A DNA stretch of 64,000 nt from Octopus vulgaris (Eukaryota): assembly GCA_951406725.2 (NCBI GenBank), contig OX597834.1, positions 43,586,001 through 43,650,000 on the forward strand. The letters run 5' to 3'. This document shows, in pieces, positions 53,023-64,000 of this stretch. Position 1 is the first letter of the stretch. Each line of letters starts with the position of its first letter. Position numbers and translations under genes: made by a program. The notes beneath the pieces are model-generated. The model ran no database searches, was not told the origin of the DNA, and saw only the letters and a list, made by a program, of their open reading frames with translations.

Positions 53023-53580
53023 CACTCATACACACACACACACAAACACATACACACGCGCACACACCCAAATACAAACACGCCTACACACAAACGCACA
53101 CGTACACACAGACATTAATTTATTTTTAGCATTATCTAACTGTGATGAATCATGACCGTGATTTTGTATTCTAAAGTCTAATGACAATGACTTTGTTTAT
53201 CTGAAATGCAGCTACTTCTTGTATATTAGGTAAATTCTCTGTCTCCTTTTTCTAATCTTAAGCTTTCGCACCGTTAGTTTTATTCAAACCTCTCAATATT
53301 CCACTCACGTATACCATAATTTATTCTCTCGCTCACGACTAATATATTGTTCAAGCTCTGTCTTCTCTCATGCAAAATCTTCCTGCATTTCTACGCTTCC
53401 ATTCCTAACTTCTCTATCACAGACTTCGACGTCATGTCCGAGTCTTGTCCTCCGTTCAAACCTGCTATACGTCCAATATTTTATCACGTTACCTCTCTAA
53501 ATAGTTGACTGCAGCCTGTTTCCTTACGGTTTCTGCATTCCTTTCTCAATCCCCCAAAAATCTACTCCTGCAATCACCTT

Positions 53581-53636
<56 letters not shown>

Positions 53637-54149
53637 CATATATATATGTGTATGCATTACATTGTTTCATCATATTCCAGCTAACTTATCAGAAATACCT
53701 CGTACCCTTTCCACATTCCTATAAAGTAACAGAATGAGGAAAACCAGCAGAGAAAAAAAATCGACACGTGATTCTCCTTTATAATATTGCTTCATAAATA
53801 TCACTCTAACCTACATACATACATACACATGTATATGTGTGTGAGCATATATAACTCTATATACATACATATATATATGTATATATATATATATATATAT
53901 ACAAATATATATATATATATACATATATATGTACATATATGTGTGTCTCTTCCCTCTTACTCTCTCTTTGTATGTGTGTGTGTGCGTATTTCCAAATAAT
54001 AACACACGAAAATACAAACATTTTTGATGGAATGTAATCTATAATTTCTGTCCTTTCTTTCGCTTCACCTTCCTTGTATCACTATCTATCCTTCTATTTA
54101 TCTATCTATCTAACTACCTATCTCTGTGAATCTTCCTACCTTTATCCTA

Positions 54150-54181
<32 letters not shown>

Positions 54182-54187
54182 TCACTG

Positions 54188-54240
<53 letters not shown>

Positions 54241-54494
54241 GTATATATATACACATATATTTCTTTCTAAGTGTATATACATCTGTGTATATACATACAC
54301 ACACGCACACTCACACACACATACGTATATATATACATGCAGATTCGTATGTGTTCATGTGTGTGTGTGTGTGCGCGAGAACCTGTCAATCTATGATTCT
54401 TGAATTTCTCGTCTTTTATATTTGTATCTAATTATTCTGGCTCCCCGTTTATATTCTTCTCTCCAACTCTCTCACCGCTTTGCATATATCAATG

Positions 54495-54537
<43 letters not shown>

Positions 54538-54617
54538 CATTTATCTGTCACTTCTCTCGCGTTCACTTCCCATATCAATCCCTCTCTCACTCTACCTCTC
54601 TCTACATGTATATATAC

Positions 54618-54698
<81 letters not shown>

Positions 54699-55033
54699 CA
54701 TATGTGTATATGCTCTCTTCTCAACGAAATTCCATCCCACACATCTCTTCAATGGTGTAACGACACACAAAATCCGCCACGATTCACATCGACACACAAA
54801 GTTGCACACAACCAGACACATACAAATATATTTACTTACAGGTTTGTGAACACTTAGAATTTTCATACTTCCACATATACAAACATCATAAGCATAACAC
54901 AAATATGTGTGTGTGTGTGTGTGTGTGCTTGTGGTGGTGCATGTGTGTGTGTATGTGTTTGCATGTATCTGTGTATAATACTTAAGCATAAAACGATACA
55001 TGATACGTAAACAGATAAACATAAATTTTATAT

Positions 55034-55173
<140 letters not shown>

Positions 55174-55290
55174 CTGTGTATATATATACGCATATATATA
55201 TATATATATATATATAAATATACATTTATATGTATATATATATGTGTATATACATATATACAAGTGTATATATATATATATATATATGTA

Positions 55291-55335
<45 letters not shown>

Positions 55336-55838
55336 GCATATATATATATATATATAATATATGTATATATATATGTGTGTGTGTCTGCGCATATGTATAT
55401 GTAAAGCTGGCATTTATGTATTTTCTAAATATGTGCATATATGAAAACATGTATATGTACGTATATGTATATATGTATGCATGTATATGCTTAAACACGT
55501 TACGAGATTATAGTTGGATTGCATGAAGGAAATGCTATATTTTCTTAGAGCTTGTAACAACCAGCAGAATGAAGGAGTTCAACCACTTAGCTTAAAAGCT
55601 TTCGATATTTTCGCGAGGTACGCCAAAAACCCCATGATATTTCCGTAAAAATTTCAACTTAGATTGCATAAAACGAATCAAATGCTGCTGTGTAAATGTA
55701 GTCTACAAAACGTTTATGGAATTTTCATTACACCTGAACAAAGCTATAAATGTATAACCTATTTATTCACACACACACCCACACACACACACACATAGAC
55801 ATACATATACTTATATATACAAACACACACACACATAT

Positions 55839-55891
<53 letters not shown>

Positions 55892-56087
55892 CATATAAAC
55901 AAACACACACACATACACACAAACACATACGCATGCATATATGCGCACACTCAGAGAAAAAAAGACGCACATACACAGGTATACATCTGTACGGATACAC
56001 CAAAATGCAGGTATGCATATGCATGCAGATAAATGGAGGTGCAAGTGCGTGCGTGTAATTATCTGTCAATGATAGTGTGCGTATAAT

Positions 56088-56145
<58 letters not shown>

Positions 56146-56385
56146 GTTATATGTGGGTCTATGTGTGTGTCTCGTCGAATATGCTCTTTGCATCTATTGC
56201 ACGAAATTATGTTGAGAAAATGGAATATATATGTGTGTTTATGTGTGAGAGTGTGTGTACGAGTGTGTGCGCGCGCTCGCGCGCATGTGTGTATGTATAG
56301 ATATATATATATACGGATGTACACACACATATATACATATATATATACATGCTCATATGTATACGCATATATTTGCATATATATT

Positions 56386-56419
<34 letters not shown>

Positions 56420-56789
56420 CAACACATATATATATACATATATATATATGTGTGTACATATATATATATGCGCGTATATATGTGTCTCTGTGTGTTTGCT
56501 TACGTGTTTCTTTGTGTGTGTGTGTGTGTGCGTGTGTTCGCAAGTGTTCCTCTTGAAACAGGTGTTGTTGAATATCATAGAAGTTCAATTCATAATCATG
56601 ATGCCCAATATTCGATCCACTCTCCCTGCATCGTCACTTCGATCAGAGCCCTTCAACAGAACCCCGGGATCATTCATTACTTGTGAACGGAAACGGAATA
56701 GAGAAAAAAAATTCAATTGTAAACACTTTGCGGAAGTTTTTATCAGAAATTTAGTGTTTTAGCCATGTTTTCGTATCACGTGACTGAGG

Positions 56790-56823
56790 TTCTTCTGGAA
56801 AATTCCTTGATGGATACACCCTG
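56790..56823. mobile_element. Possible solitary Tc1/mariner TIR end
   Basis: Minus strand reads TA|CAGGGTGTATCCATCAAGGAATTTTCC, a CAGGGTG-type terminus. No partner end was found. Confidence 0.35.
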
Positions 56824-59239
56824 TATGTTTGATCGTCAGCCATTTTACATATTAATTTAAGCAGTTTACTTAATCAAACACGTGAACGATCATCGTGGAT
56901 ACTGACGGATGATCCATATATCTCCATCCTCTGTATCAACATATGTCGATCAGATAATACCCATGCAACTTTCTGCTTTCAAAGAAATACCAGATGGCTG
57001 TATTGTTTAACACCGAAAAAAGAAATGGCGCAATATAAGTTGCTACAAAGTGCTTGCACGCGCGTGTACATGCGCTAACGTACATGTATGTAGATATTAA
57101 AACGTGGTTCCATATGCATGTGTATCGATGGATATTATATTATACATTTATATATCATCGTTGTAACGCTGTAAAATATCTTCTGTAGATTTAATCAAGG
57201 CATCCATCTAGCCACTTAACTTTCAGCCTATCTAGCTATTACACTGAAAGAATATTTGGTAAAGCAATGAAAATTTGTGTTATAGCGAAGCATTGTTAGG
57301 CAAAAATTATTGCTTATCTCTTAGATCAAAGATTGTCTGCTGGGAATCGTTTGCAGCTCAGCGGTTGTTTTATCAAAGGATGCACCAAAAGCTTGGATTT
57401 TCTATAGTGATCTTGTATTCGTTGATCATTATTACTAAATTATGTCGAGTGATGTACCTATGTTTTTCTTTGTATATATTCATTTATTTATGCTCTTAAG
57501 GCTATAATGTATGATTCTATGGCACCTTCCGTGCTTGGAGTTTTATATCTGTTGTTGTTCTGCCCCAGCTCAACCTTAATTCAACAAACCTTTGATCATA
57601 ATCATTCCACCCATGCCCATTCCGATGCAGAAATACACATCCAATGTCTCTGTTTTTCTTCTAAGGGCATGCGATCAGAATTGAAATGGCAATTTGCTAT
57701 TGGTTTCCATTCACTCGAACAGCTACTTGGTTCTCAATATTCTTTTCTATTCTAGGCACAAGGCCCGAAATTTTTGGTGAGGCGCCCAGTCGATTAGATC
57801 GACCGCAGTATGCAACTTCCTTTAATGTATCTGAAATTGGCTGATGAGTTTCACCGAGAAACACTCGTCTTCATGTCTGTTATATCAACAGAAAAATAAC
57901 ACAGCAAATTATTTTCTGTCTCTGTTACTGGTGAATTGGCAGTGAAATTTATGTCAAATTGTTCACGAGAATTTTAATGAAAGAAAAAGAAAACCGATTG
58001 GCTATTGTAGTCTTCATAATAGAGTGTGTTCGGTGGATCAGATATGAAAATACCTTTGAAAATCGATTTACAAGACAGAAGCTGCCCCGCAATTAAACAC
58101 AGTGGTAACACTGTGTAAAGTGGGAGAAAAAATAATAAAAACGTTTCTTATTTTTTAATACTTACAGATAGAGAGTTTGACTGGATTATTTAATTTTGCA
58201 ATACATATTAGTTCGTCCATCGACGATTGACAGGACATTACATGGGAGAAGATAGTTCATGATGTGTCCGGCTGTGGCCCATCAGTCCGATGCGTGTTCG
58301 GAAGGTTCTGCTATAGTTTGGGCCCTAGGTGGTCTGCTGAGACTGAAAGTGCCTCGGTAACAGATCTATCGAACAGCTTTGGATGAGATAGAAACCACTG
58401 ACTTCTCGACAGGCAGCACATTTTCCAATCAATCCGGTCATTCACATTTTCTGTACTCTTAAAGCAATCAATTGAACTAAAGCTAAGTTTACGGGAGATG
58501 TAAGAGTAAGTGGATTAGCTGATTGATAGTCTACTTTCGAAAGTGAGGGACTTATTTATTTGGTTATGGCTAATTCAGTCGAAGATGTGATCGATCGTAC
58601 AAATTACACGTTGCAGTCTCTGGCCGTTGTTCTGATGATCGTTATTATTTAAAGGAGAAAATCTTTTATCGTACAAGGATTTTATGAACAGATGGAAATC
58701 CAGGAAAGTTTAAAAGCTTTAGAGTTGCTGCTGGAAGGGGCAGGGAAACATTAAATTAGCACGATGGAGAAAGTTATATGTAAGTTATTTAGTATCGGTG
58801 TAGCCATAAAGCAAACAGAGTTTGGCCGAACTGTAATGAGAATTTGTTAGAAGCGAATGTAATTTAAAGAAATTCGATAGTCTGGAATAACTAAAAACTT
58901 TAAATTAAGGTTTTATATCCATTTACAAGATGGCTGCTAACCTGACACAACAGCAATTAATATCTGAGCCTAGGTTTCCAGAGGATTGCTTTATGGGGAT
59001 TTAAGCTCCGGTTTACTAAACTTACGTCGAACTGACTGCCAAGGATTAAAGTAGAGTTAGTGCCAAATATTATTATCTTAAAGTGGAAGTGTGGGTCAAA
59101 TTGATTTAGTAGTATTCGACGCAAGCAATGGCTCAGAGATGCTGAGCACTGAAAGAATCTTATGAACATCAGTAGATATGTATAAACCTATCAGCAAACG
59201 GATGATGTTGATATTATTATTATTGTTGTTGTTGTTGTA

Positions 59240-59363
59240 GTGTTGGCTGTGTGGTAAGTAGCTTGCTTACGAACCACATGGATCCGGTTTCAGTCCCACT
59301 GCGTGACACCTTGTGATTAGATTTGGTAGACGGAAACTGAAAGAAGCCCGTAGTATATATGTG

Positions 59364-59429
<66 letters not shown>

Positions 59430-59552
59430 TGTGTTTGTCCCCGCAACATCGCTTGACATCTGATGCTAGTGTGTTTACGTAACTTAGCGGTTCGGCAAAA
59501 ACGAACAATAGAATAAGTACTAGGCTTACAAAGAAAAAGTCCTGGGGTCGAT
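59240..59552 (+). mobile_element. SINE family A with internal deletions
   Basis: GGCTGTGTGGTAAGTAGCTTGCTTACGAACCACATG through GTCCTGGGGTCGAT. Confidence 0.9.
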
Positions 59553-59559
59553 ATATATT

Positions 59560-59657
59560 ACTCTCTTACTTGTTTTAGTCATTTGACTGTGGCCATGCTG
59601 GAGCACCACCTTTGATCGAGCAAATCGACCACAGGACTTATTCTTTATAAGCCTAGT

Positions 59658-59661
<4 letters not shown>
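59560..59661 (-). mobile_element. SINE family A tail, inverted relative to the preceding copy
   Basis: ACTCTCTTACTTGTTTTAGTCATTTGACTG...AAGCCTAGTACT. Confidence 0.88.
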
Positions 59662-59694
<33 letters not shown>

Positions 59695-59799
59695 TTGTTG
59701 AGGACTTTCGTTGCAATAATTGGTAACAATCCATTTGTGACGGTTAAAAGAAGATATAACATTATTGTTTATTATGTTCTTATCTTCCATTTCATATAC

Positions 59800-59865
59800 A
59801 GGAGCGTGGTTTAGTGGTTGGAGTGTTCACCTCTCGAGCGTAAGATTGTGAGTTCGATTCACGGC
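59800..59865 (+). mobile_element. tRNA-derived SINE head (family D-like)
   Basis: GGAGCGTGGTTTAGTGGTTGGAG...GAGTTCGATTC with A and B boxes. Confidence 0.65.
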
Positions 59866-59889
59866 TGCAGATAGATAGTTAGCTAGCTA

Positions 59890-59947
<58 letters not shown>

Positions 59948-60096
59948 ATCAGCAACAATTTAGATTCAAATGAATATGGTACTTAATTTAGATGCACCAG
60001 AATTTTGTATGGTGTTGCCCATAAAAATATGTGGGGTGATTATAATATAAAAATAATATATATATATAGACAGATAGATAGGCAGCTTGACAGATG

Positions 60097-60169
<73 letters not shown>

Positions 60170-60288
60170 GCAGACAGGCAGGCAGGTAATAAGTATGTAT
60201 GTATGTATGTATGTATGCATGTAGGGAAGTATGTAGGTGGGTAGGTAGGTGGGTAAGTAGACAGATAACCAGAAGCAAAAACGAATAA

Positions 60289-60362
<74 letters not shown>

Positions 60363-60903
60363 GAGAGAAAGAGAAGAAAAACAGAAAGCGATTGGAAGAG
60401 ATTAGTTGAAAGAGAACAATCAACATGGCCGCTGCATAGATGACTGCAAACCGTAATGCAAATGAACAAAGATGGCGGAACTAATAAATGAAAACGGCGT
60501 TTCGTATATGGAAGTAATAAATATATGATTTTAATCATCCATGTGTAATATACTAAATACATTATTTCGATAAACAAATGCCATGGGTTGAACAGTGAAG
60601 GTTGGTCGTGGCAAACATATTCTGTGTAAGAAACAGCAAACCTAACAAAACTAAGCTGTAGGCCGGAACTGTACTTCTCTCTAGATTATCTTTACGCTGG
60701 AATGGCTTGCCAAGTGGATCACTGGCGATGAAGAGCGATAGGTGGTTATGTGTTATGTGTACGTATATATGGGTGACTGCATGCACACACACACACAGAG
60801 ACACACACCCACACACCCACACATATATATGGAGAAAGACACACAGAGAGAGAGAGAGAGAGACCATTTTCGAATACAAATAAGACAATAATATATGTGT
60901 GCG

Positions 60904-60957
<54 letters not shown>

Positions 60958-60974
60958 TCATACAAACAATACAT

Positions 60975-61015
<41 letters not shown>

Positions 61016-61650
61016 CATATAATTATTATTATTATTATTATTTATATATATGTAGATATATATATATATATATTCATATATATGTATATATATATGAATG
61101 TATGTATATACATATATATACATACATACATACGTTAATATATATACTTGTATGTATGTACGTATATATGTATAAGTACCTAAGTAAGTTTCTGTGTATG
61201 TGTAAATTGTCTTATGTTTGGTGCAGTAAATGTATATATGTGTGTGCATGTGTTTGTATGTGTGTGTGTATGTATTAGTGTGTATGTGTGTGCGCATGCG
61301 GGCGTATGTATGAGTGCGCGTGTGTAACATCTCAGTATGTTGTGTTAATCAAAAAATAAGGAAGCGAAGCCTCTGGGGCGGTTGGATGATGGCTGATCTC
61401 TCTAACAATCTATTTATCGGTTTTACTATCACTCTGTCTGCCATTACGGTTCTCTCTCACACCCTCTCCCCGTCTATTTATACACACATATCCATATCCA
61501 TTCATAGATGCATATATACACATATACATAGATATATATAAATATATATATATATGTATATATATATACATACACACGTGCATACGTGCTCACATACACA
61601 CACATGAACATATATATATATATATATATCTATACATATACATACACATA

Positions 61651-61685
<35 letters not shown>

Positions 61686-61722
61686 GTGTGTGTGTGTATG
61701 TATATATGTCTATGACATATAC

Positions 61723-61792
<70 letters not shown>

Positions 61793-61818
61793 TTATATGT
61801 ATATATATGTATGTGTGA

Positions 61819-61858
<40 letters not shown>

Positions 61859-62375
61859 ATGTGTGTGTGTAATCATATATGTGTATGTATAAATGTAATC
61901 TTGTGGGATCCTATATGTTCACACTGGCCTTTATCGCTTATTTGAAAGAAAAAATACTCGTGAAATTAAGAGCTAGAAAAACAAGAATGATGATAATAAA
62001 GAAGAGGCAAGTATTATTTTGATGACTATTAATAACAATAATAAGAACAACGATGACGATGATTATGATGATGATGTTGATGATGATGATGATGATGGCA
62101 CACAGTAGGGAAGAAAGAAAGGTGAAGAAAGAGAATCGGCAAATGTAATTAAATGGAAATTTGATACTAAATATGATTGCATGACTGTTTGAGCAGAAGT
62201 TAACATTTGCAATTGTAATTTAGAATCGGGCGTGTGTGTGATCGTGGACTTCAATGTGATTGAACATCGTACAATGATATCTGAGTGTGTCGGTGTTTGT
62301 GTGTGTGTGTGTGCGTGTATGTATGTGTATTTATAGATAGATAGATGCATACATACATGTGTGTATGCGTATCTG

Positions 62376-62489
<114 letters not shown>

Positions 62490-62997
62490 TGAATATATAT
62501 ATATGAACACATCAGTGGTGTGTGAGTTTCTATAGAGGGGTGTGTTTTTATAGATGTACATCCAGATGTATATTCGTATATAAAACTATGCATATGTGTG
62601 CATATGGGTGTCTGTAGGCACGTGTGTGTGTGTATTTATATATACACATATATACATACGTGTATATATATATACATATACACACACACATATATATACA
62701 TACATACAAACATATATATTTACAGCGACTAGTCTGGAAGTCTGATAATCTGGTGTGTTCAATATAGCTATAGTTGATTAACTTCTAAAGATGATTTATT
62801 AGCAACTCAGGAAAATGAATAAAAATGGCGGTGTGCTGAGGGGAGTGGAATGGGAAACAAGCCATACACATCTAAATATATACACATATCTACACAAATA
62901 CATCCATTTATGTACCTATTCTCACACTCACACTCACGTGTTTATATATATGTATATATATATATATAAATGAACACATTTCCGCATACATACAAAC

Positions 62998-63040
<43 letters not shown>

Positions 63041-63063
63041 TATATATATATATACATACATAC

Positions 63064-63100
<37 letters not shown>

Positions 63101-63193
63101 TGTGTACATACACACATGCATACATATACCAAAAACTACAGACGCAGATACATACATACAAACATACACACATATAAGTGGGCTCGTGCACAT

Positions 63194-63226
<33 letters not shown>

Positions 63227-63234
63227 AACACACA

Positions 63235-63316
<82 letters not shown>

Positions 63317-63811
63317 TGGAACTGCTGTGTAAGCAGCGGGCAAGAGAACTGGCCTATCGTTCATGACAGTAGAACTGTTGGAAATTAGATAACAAGATTT
63401 TCGATTTGGGGGGAAGCCATTTAATTGATAATATTTTTGTTTTCTCCTCCACCTTTCCTCCACTTCCTTCTCGTACTTCCATCCTTCTCCTCATCATCAT
63501 CATCATCTTCATCATTATTGTTCCTTCTCGTCTCCCACGCCTTCGCTTTCACTCTTTTCGTCGTCTTTCTGTTTTCTTCTTCTTCTTGTTATTATTCTTG
63601 TTCTTCTTCTTCATCCTCTCATGCCGTGGTCTGCTGAAGAAATTGGATTTTTCACATAATGGAAATTAATAAAGTTATATTGTAAAAATAAAACAATCAA
63701 CTCGGCAACAAGAGAGGAAGAAAGAAAATAAATAAAGAAAGAAAGAAAGAAAGAAAGGAAGGAAGGAGGAAAGAAAGAGAGACAGAAAATATAGACGAAG
63801 AAAAAGAAAAA

Positions 63812-63865
<54 letters not shown>

Positions 63866-63945
63866 GAAAAAGAAGAAGAAGAAGAAGAAGAAGAAGAAGA
63901 AGAAGAAGAAGAAGAAGAAGAAGAAGAAGAAGAGGAAGAGAAAGG
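63812..63945. repeat. (GAT)n(GAA)n microsatellite
   Basis: Directly visible. Confidence 0.95.
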
Positions 63946-64000
63946 AAGAATAAGAGGAGAAGATAAAGATGATGATGAGGAGGCGGTTGAAGAGGAGAAG

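Noticed and set aside
57841-57869. CTGATGA...GAAACACTCGTC hammerhead-like string
   Set aside because: No stem I can form, and GTTTC/GAAAC pairing sequesters the GAAA core.
60685-60741. Possible 57-nt exon; one frame reads IIFTLEWLAKWI, like an ion-channel segment
   Set aside because: That frame ends in a stop, the donor is weak and the resemblance is too short to trust.

Overview
AT-rich, gene-poor eukaryotic DNA, most likely an intron or intergenic stretch of an octopod cephalopod (Octopus-like). That assignment is inferred from the tRNA-derived SINE families and the extreme microsatellite load. No intact host gene is supported, and nearly all ORFs in the track are translations of (TA)n, (TG)n, (CAT)n, (AAT)n or (GGT)n repeats. 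Real content: (1) about 35 copies or fragments of four tRNA-derived SINE families; (2) a frameshifted, 3'-truncated mariner transposase with one TIR; (3) three fossils the ORF track misses, namely two R4/Dong-type LINE endonuclease 3' ends and a Tc1/mariner (DD37D-like) C-terminus; (4) candidate pogo/Tigger and piggyBac MITEs; (5) several long fold-back palindromes; (6) a set of minimal type I hammerhead ribozyme motifs of the kind carried by Penelope-like elements (2616, 2963, 26474, 29175). The 29175 motif overlaps a perfect 14-bp hairpin that could switch it off. All family names come from motif recognition by eye, not database searches.
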